From a virus (taxonomy: Duplodnaviria > Caudoviricetes): DNA of 64,000 nt. A program made the translations under genes and the position numbers. How positions within the stretch are numbered: position 1 is the first letter of the stretch; each line of letters opens with the position of its first letter. The notes below the pieces were generated by a model. That model ran no database searches. It saw only the letters and a list, made by a program, of their open reading frames with translations, and was not told where the DNA came from. Positions 42,073 through 50,888 of this stretch are shown one piece after another. The DNA is taken from IMG/VR virus record IMGVR_UViG_3300021387_001614, positions 1-64,000 of that record, one strand, 5' to 3'.

Positions 42073-42462
42073 TTAAATTTCTGTTACAATACTGTCATTA
42101 GTTATAACGTTACCCTCCTTAACGGAATAATCTATCCTCACAAAAATTGCATTTGGATTTTCTTCACTTCTTGCCACTTGTATGTCATTTAATGACACGT
42201 TGTTAACATATCTCGAAACTGCTTCCGAAATCTCTGTTTTAACACTTTTCCAAGTGTTGCTTTCATTGGGTTCGAAAATATATTTAATCAAATCCGTGCC
42301 AAATTCGGGCATTCTAACTCTTTGCCCCTTTGGTGTAAATATAACGTGCATTATCTGACTCCTAACCTTGTTTTTCTTACTTGAATTAAGGTCTACAAAG
42401 TAATTTTCTATGTCAGTGGACGTAAATGGGTATTTTATACCAAAATATTGTTTTTTAATCAT
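42073..42462 (-). CDS. baseplate protein gp25/GPW-like
   Basis: GIKYPF, IFTPKGQRVRMPEFGTDLIKYIFEP. Confidence 0.9.
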   Translation of the reverse strand: MIKKQYFGIKYPFTSTDIENYFVDLNSSKKNKVRSQIMHVIFTPKGQRVRMPEFGTDLIKYIFEPNESNTWKSVKTEISEAVSRYVNNVSLNDIQVARSEENPNAIFVRIDYSVKEGNVITNDSIVTEI

Positions 42463-42538
42463 AAAAATAATATAATATTTTCCCCTATAAATATCACAGA
42501 ATAGGAAATACGCTATTTATTATCAAAAAAGCATTCAC

Positions 42539-44371
42539 ATGGATTTTAAAATTCTACCAACTGATGTCGTTTTATGCGCAATTGCTAAAAACGAAAACAA
42601 TTATATAGAAGAGTGGGTTCAGTGGTATTTTAACTTAGGTTTCGATAAAATTTACATTTTTGATGACAACGAGGACGAAAGAGCGTTGCCGTCACTTCCC
42701 CTTATTAATGAATATGTAGAAGCCGGTAAAATACATATAGAATATTGTGGTAAAGAAAAAATTAACTACAAGCAAATGGTAAAGTATAAAAGTTTTTATA
42801 CTCAAAACAAGTTTGCGTGGTGTGCGTTTTTTGATATTGATGAGTTTTTAGTATTAAAACAACACAAAAACATTAAAGAATATCTTTCGATGGACATTTT
42901 TTCGAATTTCTCAGCGATATCAATATGTTGGGAAATGTACGGTGATAACGGACATTTAAAAAAAGAAAAAGGCGGCGTTGTCGAAAGATTTCCTGAGCCA
43001 TTCACAGGTGACACTAACGGTATCAGCGATGTTTATAACGGTGACAAGATGTTAGTGAAGAAAATTATTCGTGGTGGAATTAAAAACATCGAATTTCCCA
43101 ATCCTCACGCCGTTAGGTGTGTAAATGTTATAAGATGTTGTGATGAAAAAGGGTCATCCGTAAGTTCAGCCAAATTTGCAATCGAAAAAACATATAAATA
43201 CGCTAAAATAAACCACTATTTTACAAAATCTGCTGAAGAATATGCAAATAAAGTAAAAAGAGGACGTGCTGCGCAAAAATCTAACGTGTTTAGAAAAATG
43301 GATGAGTATTTTTCCATAAACCCTAAAACACAAGACAGAATTGATGCGTTAAGGGAAGCCTTTGGATACGAAAAAAAGGATGAAACTGTTAAATATTTTG
43401 GAAACCAACCCATATCAAGCAAAAAAAAGATACTTTTCCTTGTAATGTCATGCAATAAACCCGATTTTATTAAAGAAGAAGATATTGTTAGAGAAACATG
43501 GGCAAAGGAAATTGTTAATAATGAATTCGAAAACATAGATTTATATTTTTATAGAGCCACAAAGGAAAAAGAAATACACGTTGATAAGGATGTTATTTTT
43601 ATCCCGTCAAGGGACGATTGGAACGGTACATATGATAAAACGCTGAAATGTTTTAAATACATATTAGCAAATAAAGATTTCGACTATGTGGTTAGAACAA
43701 ATACGAGCAACTATATAAATGTAAAATGTCTCGTTGACATGATTAACAACATACCCGAAAATGACACAAATATATACGGAACGAGACTTATAATTAACAA
43801 CACATCAAGGGGTTACACGTATTTTAGGGGAAATTGCCTCGTTTTAAAGAAAAGTATCGTTAAGGATATTGTGGATGCTGAAATATCATCAATCCGTGAG
43901 GCTGATGACGGTGCAATGGCATATACGCTTGTTGTTAAATATACAAAAAACGGTATTGATTATCATGAAAAATTAAGACAGTTCCCCATTTCTTATGTTT
44001 ATACAAGTCCGGAAAAATTCAAATATGATTTTGATACAATGAAAGATTCCGTTTGTTTTAGGCTTAAGACAAGTCCACAAGCAAACAGAAACTCTAAACT
44101 TATTATTAGCAAGATGAAAAAAATGGATGCGATAATAAGAGCCGAAGAAAGAAAATTCGTCGCACCAACCAAATTTAATACGGATTATGTGGAAAGTTTA
44201 TATGGAAGATTATCCTTTGATGATGCCATGAAACGTTCAAAAAAGAAATTAGTACAAAGAATGCCAACAGCCGCAAAGAAGATTAAATCAAACGGGAACG
44301 TAACTTACGGAAAAACTAATTTCATACCAAAAAGGCTCATTAATCATCATATAGGGAGGCTATTAGTTTAA
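42539..44371 (+). CDS. two-domain glycosyltransferase (GT2/GT92-like plus GT31/galactosyltransferase-like)
   Basis: CAIAKNENNYIEEWV, FFDIDEF, INHYFTKS in the first domain; VMSC...RETW...DKT...FDYVVRTNTSNYIN...ADD in the second. Confidence 0.8.
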   Translation: MDFKILPTDVVLCAIAKNENNYIEEWVQWYFNLGFDKIYIFDDNEDERALPSLPLINEYVEAGKIHIEYCGKEKINYKQMVKYKSFYTQNKFAWCAFFDIDEFLVLKQHKNIKEYLSMDIFSNFSAISICWEMYGDNGHLKKEKGGVVERFPEPFTGDTNGISDVYNGDKMLVKKIIRGGIKNIEFPNPHAVRCVNVIRCCDEKGSSVSSAKFAIEKTYKYAKINHYFTKSAEEYANKVKRGRAAQKSNVFRKMDEYFSINPKTQDRIDALREAFGYEKKDETVKYFGNQPISSKKKILFLVMSCNKPDFIKEEDIVRETWAKEIVNNEFENIDLYFYRATKEKEIHVDKDVIFIPSRDDWNGTYDKTLKCFKYILANKDFDYVVRTNTSNYINVKCLVDMINNIPENDTNIYGTRLIINNTSRGYTYFRGNCLVLKKSIVKDIVDAEISSIREADDGAMAYTLVVKYTKNGIDYHEKLRQFPISYVYTSPEKFKYDFDTMKDSVCFRLKTSPQANRNSKLIISKMKKMDAIIRAEERKFVAPTKFNTDYVESLYGRLSFDDAMKRSKKKLVQRMPTAAKKIKSNGNVTYGKTNFIPKRLINHHIGRLLV

Positions 44372-44404
44372 TAATTAGATATTTATATAGAAAAACACGA
44401 AAAA

Positions 44405-45757
44405 ATGAAAAAATACTTGACCTTATTTAATTCCCACGCTGAATACGAACAATACGTGAGCGGTAATTTTGAGAAGCCAAACGTATCACATTGCGTTCAG
44501 GAAGATGATGTACATTATAATCCTCTACATGACTATTCAAAGGATTATCTTACTTTTGTTGCCCTTGAAGACGGTACAATATCGTTTAACATATTGGACT
44601 CAATGGGAACTGATATGATTACCTCAATCAGTTATTCAACTGATAACGGTGAAACATGGACAACAACAGCAAATCAAAACAATAAACAAGAAAACCTTTC
44701 AATTGATGTTGATGTGAATGAAGGCGATAAAGTAATGTGGAAAGGCATCGCAACACAAACGGGATACTACTTTAACGATGACGATTTTGGTTATTATGTT
44801 GGCTCGTTTTTTAGTTCTGATTGCGAGTTTGATGCAAAGGGCAATGTGATGTCATTGCTTTATGGTGATGATTTCAAGGGTGAAACAACAATAGAGGAAG
44901 ATGCTACATTTTGCCGACTATTCTCTGATACTGATGAAGGAAAAACGTGTGGTGTTGTAAACGCCAAAGAATTATCATTACCTGCTACAACGTTGGCAAA
45001 TAATTGTTATGAAAATATGTTCTATTACTGTACAAGTCTAACATCAGCGCCTGAATTACCCGCCACTACATTGGCAAGTAGTTGTTATTTTGGTATGTTC
45101 TATGGTTGTACAGGTCTCACAACAGCACCTGAGTTACCTGCAACAACATTGGTATTTGGTTGTTATCGGAGTATGTTCGAAGGTTGCACAAGTCTTACAA
45201 CGGCACCTGTATTACCTGCAACGACATTGGCAGATTATTGTTATGCTTATATGTTCAATGGTTGTACAAGCCTTGTGACAGCACCCGAATTATCTGCTAC
45301 TACATTGGCATACCATTGTTATCAAGGTATGTTCGCAAATTGTTCAAGACTTACAACAGCACCTGAGTTACCTGCTACAACATTGGTAGGTTATTGTTAT
45401 AGTAATATGTTTAGAGGCTGTGTGGGTCTTATAACAGCACCTCAGTTACCTGCTACAACATTGGCAAGTTGGTGTTATGAAAGTATGTTCCAAGGTTGTA
45501 AAAGTCTAACAACAGCACCTCAGTTACCTGCCACTACACTGACAACTTATTGCTATCAGAATATGTTCAATGGTTGCACAAAACTTAATTACATCAAGGC
45601 AATGTTTACTACAACACCAAGTACAAGTTATACAAGTGGTTGGGTAAGTGGAGTTGCTGCAACAGGTACATTTGTAAAGAACAGTGCTGCAACATGGAAT
45701 GTTACAGGTGTTAATGGTGTTCCAAGTAGATGGACTGTTCAAACAGCAAGTGCATAA
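44405..45757 (+). CDS. leucine-rich-repeat (BspA/TpLRR-related) protein A with 8 x 26-aa repeats
   Basis: Repeat LPATTLxxxCYxxMFxGCTSLTTAPE and N-terminal YLTLF...PNVS...VHYNP module. Confidence 0.85.
   Translation: MKKYLTLFNSHAEYEQYVSGNFEKPNVSHCVQEDDVHYNPLHDYSKDYLTFVALEDGTISFNILDSMGTDMITSISYSTDNGETWTTTANQNNKQENLSIDVDVNEGDKVMWKGIATQTGYYFNDDDFGYYVGSFFSSDCEFDAKGNVMSLLYGDDFKGETTIEEDATFCRLFSDTDEGKTCGVVNAKELSLPATTLANNCYENMFYYCTSLTSAPELPATTLASSCYFGMFYGCTGLTTAPELPATTLVFGCYRSMFEGCTSLTTAPVLPATTLADYCYAYMFNGCTSLVTAPELSATTLAYHCYQGMFANCSRLTTAPELPATTLVGYCYSNMFRGCVGLITAPQLPATTLASWCYESMFQGCKSLTTAPQLPATTLTTYCYQNMFNGCTKLNYIKAMFTTTPSTSYTSGWVSGVAATGTFVKNSAATWNVTGVNGVPSRWTVQTASA
44978..45601 (+). repeat. 78-bp coding tandem repeat, 8 units
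   Basis: Recurrent TTACCTGC(T/A/C)AC(A/T/G)ACATTG...TGTTAT...ATGTTC at 78-bp period. Confidence 0.9.
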
Positions 45758-45780
45758 AAACATCTATATATCAAACACAC

Positions 45781-45842
45781 AAGTGGCATTTTAAGGGTAT
45801 TTATGTTAAAATATTAACGGAACCAACAGGTGTATAGTTCCC
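45781..45842 (+). mobile_element. orphan IS1595 right end (remnant)
   Basis: 52/62 ungapped identity to 51003-51064, ending in ...CAACAGGTGTATAGTTCCC. Confidence 0.85.
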
Positions 45843-45849
45843 ATTATAA

Positions 45850-45883
45850 AAAATGAGCAGCCAAATTAATGGTTGCTCATTTT
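45850..45883. terminator. bidirectional terminator
   Basis: AAAATGAGCAGCCA...TGGTTGCTCATTTT between convergent genes. Confidence 0.8.
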
Positions 45884-45885
45884 CT

Positions 45886-47085
45886 TTATTCATCAAGCGT
45901 TTCCTCTTCTCCGAATATAATATCCTCTGCCGACATTTCACCCTTATCATCGTCAGGTGAGTCCTTAATTTCTTCGAGTTTCGATAAAATATCCTTTATG
46001 TATGTCTTTTTATATTCCTCAAGTGACTCTTCGGGAATAATGCCGTTATGCACACAACACATTGTGCCTGAATACGTTATATTAAATGGTGTTGGTAGTT
46101 GATTCTTTGTCACCGCAATCTTTGTTATAATACCGTAATTATACGTATCGCCCTTTGCCGTTGCAGTGAGTTTCTTTGTTGCCGCCTTTGCAACACCACC
46201 CAAGTGAATAATCAGTCTTGCGCCATAGAAGAATGTCTTTCCACCCTTTAACTCGATTGATGGTATTCCCGGCATACCGTTCATACTGTCATTCCAAATC
46301 TTATTAACACAGAACATTGTGTTCGTGTATTTCTCACTAACTTTTCTCGATGTCGGTATTCTGTTGTTAATCAGACTGTTAAATGCCTGTGAAATTGCAC
46401 CTGCATCGAACATGTTGTTGTTCGATTTGCTTGAATATGACTTAAAGGATGTTATCGAACCAATACTATCCCATATGAAACATATTGGCTGCTTAATTTT
46501 TCCTTCATCCTGCATATCAAGGATTTCATTAATGGAAAGCGCAATATCCTCCAATACTGCAACATTTCTGCGTTTTGACACGCGCTTACCTGCTGAATGG
46601 TCAAAATCACCATATTTTTTCGTAAGCGTTTTCGTATCGAAATAAACAAAGTTGCCACGATACTTAATAATGTCAGTTGTTATTTCGCCCGTTTCTTCAT
46701 CAAGAATTTCGCCATAAACGGGAGTTGCATCAACGCCACAATCAATTGCATATTTCCAATCGAAATTGCCCTCAGTTTCATATATAACAGGTAAAATACC
46801 CTTCTTTTGACACGCTGCAATGAGACAGTTTTTAATTGTTGATTTTCCCGTATTAGACCATCCCGTTACCAAAGTCAGATATCCCATGGGGATTCCCGGC
46901 AATTTTAATGCATCTTCAAAAGCCTTTGGCAGTGGTATAAACTCTGTTGGTTTTTCCGCGTTTGACGTTTCCAAGTCGCTTCGCTTAATCGGCTTACTTG
47001 ATTCCTCTATTTCAAGTCCAAGTAACTTATTTATGTCATCAGCTGAAGGTATTACAAATGTTTTCTTTTTAATCGCTTGTTTCAT
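45886..47085 (-). CDS. RecA/UvsX-like recombinase
   Basis: GIPMGYLTLVTGWSNTGKST (Walker A), YETEG, IWDSIGS (Walker B), KGGKTFFY. Start taken at MKQAIK. Confidence 0.88.
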   Translation of the reverse strand: MKQAIKKKTFVIPSADDINKLLGLEIEESSKPIKRSDLETSNAEKPTEFIPLPKAFEDALKLPGIPMGYLTLVTGWSNTGKSTIKNCLIAACQKKGILPVIYETEGNFDWKYAIDCGVDATPVYGEILDEETGEITTDIIKYRGNFVYFDTKTLTKKYGDFDHSAGKRVSKRRNVAVLEDIALSINEILDMQDEGKIKQPICFIWDSIGSITSFKSYSSKSNNNMFDAGAISQAFNSLINNRIPTSRKVSEKYTNTMFCVNKIWNDSMNGMPGIPSIELKGGKTFFYGARLIIHLGGVAKAATKKLTATAKGDTYNYGIITKIAVTKNQLPTPFNITYSGTMCCVHNGIIPEESLEEYKKTYIKDILSKLEEIKDSPDDDKGEMSAEDIIFGEEETLDE

Positions 47086-47698
47086 ACTTTTTAACTCGTT
47101 GTTTTTCTCTAATTTTTTGTTTCCAGCATTTTCTACACATCGGTTGATAAATATCATCACCACCGACAAGAACTTGCTCACCCTCCGTTATTATATTTTC
47201 ATCCTTATCAAACCTTGCATTTATGGATGCCTTTTTGTTACATTTACAACTTGATTTTAATTCTTGAAACTCATCAGCTATTTCAAAAAGCCTTTTTGAT
47301 GCCGGAAAAAGTTTTGACCTAAAATCTGTGCGTAATCCATAACATAGAACGTTAACACCCATTAAATCAACAACGTCCGATAATTGGTCTACCTGTTCCT
47401 CAGTTAAAAACTGACATTCATCAACCAATACCCACATTAACGGTTTGGCTTGTTGTGCCATAAGAACGTTATTATATTGATGTATTGCCTCATATATATC
47501 AACGTTACTATTAACACTAACACACGCCCTTTTTAATCCTGCTCTTGATTTAATCATGTTCTTTCCATCTCGTGTATCAATGGATGGCTTAAGAACCATG
47601 AAAGGTATACCTTTTTCTTCAAAATTATACGCCGTTGCAAGGAGGTTTAGGGTTTTTGACGAACCCATTACACCATAAAAAAATCTTAGCTTAGCCAT
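47069..47698 (-). CDS. tdk: thymidine kinase
   Basis: YGVMGSSKT, KPSIDTR, LVDECQFL, YGLRTDF, CKC...CRKC. Confidence 0.95.
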   Translation of the reverse strand: MAKLRFFYGVMGSSKTLNLLATAYNFEEKGIPFMVLKPSIDTRDGKNMIKSRAGLKRACVSVNSNVDIYEAIHQYNNVLMAQQAKPLMWVLVDECQFLTEEQVDQLSDVVDLMGVNVLCYGLRTDFRSKLFPASKRLFEIADEFQELKSSCKCNKKASINARFDKDENIITEGEQVLVGGDDIYQPMCRKCWKQKIREKQRVKKYETSD

Positions 47699-47709
47699 TT
47701 ACATGTTTT

Positions 47710-48693
47710 TTAGAATGGTAACGCATCTTCTGCGTTATTATCTGTATCGGACTGAGTACCTGCCGTTATGGTATTTTTCTCAACCCAATTTGTAAAGTCG
47801 GAGTTTTCTTCTGTTAGATTTTCAGCAAGTTCCTTTTCATCTTCGATTTTTTGTTTTTCCTGCATCACAGATTTATCGACATATTTACCCAATTCTTTAT
47901 CGTAAACGGGAGTACCGCCCTCTACAATAACTGCCATATAGTCATAAGGTTTTACTGTAAATACGTCAGTCCATTTCTTTTCGTCGTTAACCCATGATTC
48001 TGCTTTATCAAAGTCGGTTGACAGTGGTGTGCTGATACTCTTGTCAGTTACCTGTACGCTTGTTTTGTTGTTAGAATCCTTTGTCAGAGTAATAACAAGG
48101 TCTTTTCCTGTATTAAGGTCAAAAATATTGTTTTCAATACCTTCTTCTTTACCTTCTTCCCACCTCGTTTTAAACAAGTTCATTATTTTATCATACACAC
48201 CATCCTTTTTTCTCGAATGAGTGAAAAGCCAAAACTTAACGCCGTCTTCCTCATGGCCACGTTCAATACATCTAACAATCCACGATTCCTTAACACGATT
48301 GAGAAATTCGATGTCACCATATTTCTTTTTCTCGATTTCCGAATTAGATGCAAACCTTAGTCGTTTAGCCTCTTCCGACGTTTCACAGAATGGGCACTTA
48401 TGTTTGTCATCTAAGTCATTTTTTTCGGGGCACACAAATGTCTTCCACCCGCTACTTGTAACTTCCTTGTTAACTTTAACGGTATGCATGTGCACCTTTT
48501 TAAATGGGCTTCCACCCTCAGGAGAAAATGGCAACAATCTGATTGTTATTTTCTTTGTGGTTTCGTCTGAACCTAACCTTGCTTGGAGATAATTTTTAAC
48601 ATTAAATTCAGTCTTCTTTTTTGGGACGTAAGTTTCCTGTTCGTTTTGGCTGATTACAGCAGCCGCATCAATGTTTACATTTAAATTACTCAT
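47710..48693 (-). CDS. single-stranded DNA-binding protein (T4 gp32-like)
   Basis: IRLLP, CP...CPFCE, IFDLNTGKDL, acidic tail ending DALPF. Confidence 0.85.
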   Translation of the reverse strand: MSNLNVNIDAAAVISQNEQETYVPKKKTEFNVKNYLQARLGSDETTKKITIRLLPFSPEGGSPFKKVHMHTVKVNKEVTSSGWKTFVCPEKNDLDDKHKCPFCETSEEAKRLRFASNSEIEKKKYGDIEFLNRVKESWIVRCIERGHEEDGVKFWLFTHSRKKDGVYDKIMNLFKTRWEEGKEEGIENNIFDLNTGKDLVITLTKDSNNKTSVQVTDKSISTPLSTDFDKAESWVNDEKKWTDVFTVKPYDYMAVIVEGGTPVYDKELGKYVDKSVMQEKQKIEDEKELAENLTEENSDFTNWVEKNTITAGTQSDTDNNAEDALPF

Positions 48694-48771
48694 AAAAAAT
48701 TAATATTTAAAAATGCGTATCAGTATACGCTTAAATTCAGTGCAAATATACATAAAAAATGTTAAAAAACC

Positions 48772-48811
48772 AAAATTCCGGCAAATTATTTTTTTAAAAT
48801 GCCGGAATTTT
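48772..48811 (-). terminator. hairpin/terminator upstream of the SSB promoter
   Basis: AAAATTCCGGCA...TGCCGGAATTTT. Confidence 0.65.
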
Positions 48812-49023
48812 TGTGTTGGCTTTAAGTACCATTGGCATTTACTGCCAACTGCTATATTATTATCGGGAACTATATACCTGTTGTCCCCGAACATAGCGAC
48901 TAGCAAACTTTAACTTTTGTCTAGCTATCCTTAACTTAAAAAATTCCCGTTTTACTGGAAAAATGCGTACCTTTGTATTACCTTTAAGACAAAGGAATAA
49001 CATTCAGTAAAACGGGAATAATT

Positions 49024-50019
49024 ATGATAGATTTCACAAATTTCAAGTCACTCAAATCGGTAATCAGACACTTCAACAATGAAGACATCTGCAAGCAAAC
49101 GCTTGTGGAGGCACGTTGGGGTGGCGATGTTGTTTGTCCTCATTGCGGACAGCACCATTGCACCATGCGCAAGGACGGACGTTATCGCTGCAACCATTGC
49201 AAGCATAACTTCTCTTGTACCACAGGTACAATATTTCAGAACACCAAGTTGCCACTTCAAACTTGGTTCATTGCCATGTATCAGGTGTCTTCACACAAGA
49301 AGGGCATTTCCTCATTGCAGATAATGCGTGACTGCGAGGTCACTCAGAAGACCGCTTGGTTCATTCTGCACAAGATTCGTGGTCTCTACGGCATTACCGA
49401 TGAGATTGCCCTTGACGGAGAGGTGGAGATGGACGAGATGTACCTTGGTGGACGTGAAATAAACAAGCACGAAAGCAAGAAGACTGAGGGTACACAGGGT
49501 CGCTCTACCAAGACCAAAACACCAATCTTCGGTATGATTCAGCGTGGTGGCAACGTTGTTGCAATGAAGGTGGACGATACAAAGGGTGCTACCTTGATGC
49601 CCATCGTGAGCCAATTCGTTGAGAGTGGTGCTACCACTTATACGGATGAAGCCAACATCTACCACAAGTTGTCAGAGAACGGCTATGAGCACCTTTTCGT
49701 TAATCACTCACAGCGTGAATACGTCCGTGCCAATGACATTCATACCAACGGAATTGAGGGGTTTTGGGCACATTTCAAGCGTGTCATTTTCTCTACCTAT
49801 CACAGCGTTTCCAAGGACTATGTACAGCGTTATATTGACGAGCAGTCATATCGTTGGAATACCCGTAAATGGAATGCTTCTGAGCGTTTTGAGGATATGT
49901 TCAAGAAGGCTGCAAAGTCCTTTGAGTATGCTGACGTTCTGAGCCTTTCAAGCGTTATTGACGTTGTTGCTTGGAAGACCAAGCACGATAGTTACTATTG
50001 GGCAGGAAAGGTTGCATAA
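49024..50019 (+). CDS. IS1595-family (ISXO2-like) DDE transposase
   Basis: Zinc ribbon CPHC...CNHC, TGTIFQNTKLPL, KKGISS HTH, EMDEMYLGG, YTDE, NHS, HTNGIEGFW, YIDEQSYRWN. GC visibly higher than the flanks. Confidence 0.95.
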   Translation: MIDFTNFKSLKSVIRHFNNEDICKQTLVEARWGGDVVCPHCGQHHCTMRKDGRYRCNHCKHNFSCTTGTIFQNTKLPLQTWFIAMYQVSSHKKGISSLQIMRDCEVTQKTAWFILHKIRGLYGITDEIALDGEVEMDEMYLGGREINKHESKKTEGTQGRSTKTKTPIFGMIQRGGNVVAMKVDDTKGATLMPIVSQFVESGATTYTDEANIYHKLSENGYEHLFVNHSQREYVRANDIHTNGIEGFWAHFKRVIFSTYHSVSKDYVQRYIDEQSYRWNTRKWNASERFEDMFKKAAKSFEYADVLSLSSVIDVVAWKTKHDSYYWAGKVA

Positions 50020-50022
50020 ATG

Positions 50023-50055
50023 AAATTGAGCAACCACTATTGGATTACTCAATTT
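50023..50055. terminator. hairpin between the convergent transposase and passenger genes
   Basis: AAATTGAG(caacca ctat tggatta)CTCAATTT. Confidence 0.6.
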
Positions 50056-50072
50056 GTATGTCATTATAGAAC

Positions 50073-50888
50073 TTAAAGTATTCCTTGTGAAGTCCAATTT
50101 CGATATCCAAGATTTCCATCATTTCCCATCCAAGACGAGTAATCACTACCACTTGGATAATATAATACTCCACCTTCTTTGACATATGCCCAAAAGCCTG
50201 ATTGTATTGTTGGTGCAATAGTTGGATATGCGTAGATGGTTTCAAGACTCGTACATCCTTGGAACGCATTAATAATCATTGTTGATACACTACTTGGTAT
50301 TGTTATGCTTTGTAAACTACTACAATTGTAGAAAGCACCACCATCAATACTTGTGACACTATTGCCCATTATTACATTTGTAAGACTTGTACAATGACCA
50401 AAAGCACTACCACCAATGCTTGTAACACTATTCGGTATTGTTATATTCAATAAGTTTGTACAACTATTAAACGTACCAGCCATAATTGCGGTAACATTAG
50501 TTGGAATATTTACATTTGTAAGACTTGTACAATATTCGAATACATTATAATTAAGGCTTGTAACACTATTTGATATTGTTGCCTCTGTAAGAGCGGAACA
50601 ATGGGAAAATGCACCGTTTCCAATACTTGTACATAATTCCCCAACCTCAACACTAACAAGCGTGTTTTTATATATATCACTTACCATTGCTTTTGTCAGT
50701 TCTCCGCTTCCTTCAAGTTCAACTACGCTGTCATCACTGAGTGTCAGTTTGCAGAAGAAAGGTGGCTTATTATAATGTACCGTATTATCTCCCTCTACAT
50801 ATGATACATAAGGTTCTATATATGTTTCACCATCTTCATAAGTCAGTCTTTCAGCATCGGTGCTGAATAGTTTTAAGTAATCTCCCAT
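50073..50888 (-). CDS. BspA/TpLRR leucine-rich-repeat protein B (IS passenger)
   Basis: About six 23-aa VTSIGxxAFxxCTSLTxIxIPNS repeats and N-terminal YLKLF...PYVS...VHYNKP module. Confidence 0.9.
   Translation of the reverse strand: MGDYLKLFSTDAERLTYEDGETYIEPYVSYVEGDNTVHYNKPPFFCKLTLSDDSVVELEGSGELTKAMVSDIYKNTLVSVEVGELCTSIGNGAFSHCSALTEATISNSVTSLNYNVFEYCTSLTNVNIPTNVTAIMAGTFNSCTNLLNITIPNSVTSIGGSAFGHCTSLTNVIMGNSVTSIDGGAFYNCSSLQSITIPSSVSTMIINAFQGCTSLETIYAYPTIAPTIQSGFWAYVKEGGVLYYPSGSDYSSWMGNDGNLGYRNWTSQGIL

Noticed and set aside
44978-45601. CRISPR array or DGR template/variable repeat pair
   Set aside because: The repeats are in-frame 78-bp coding units without unique spacers or adenine-specific differences, and no cas or RT gene is in the window.
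45781-48889. Composite transposon carrying recA-tdk-ssb
   Set aside because: The two ends face away from this block (right end, then left end) and no shared TSD flanks it.
48700-48913. Short ORFs on both strands upstream of ssb
   Set aside because: They span a promoter, hairpins and the IS left junction, so they are unlikely to be genes.
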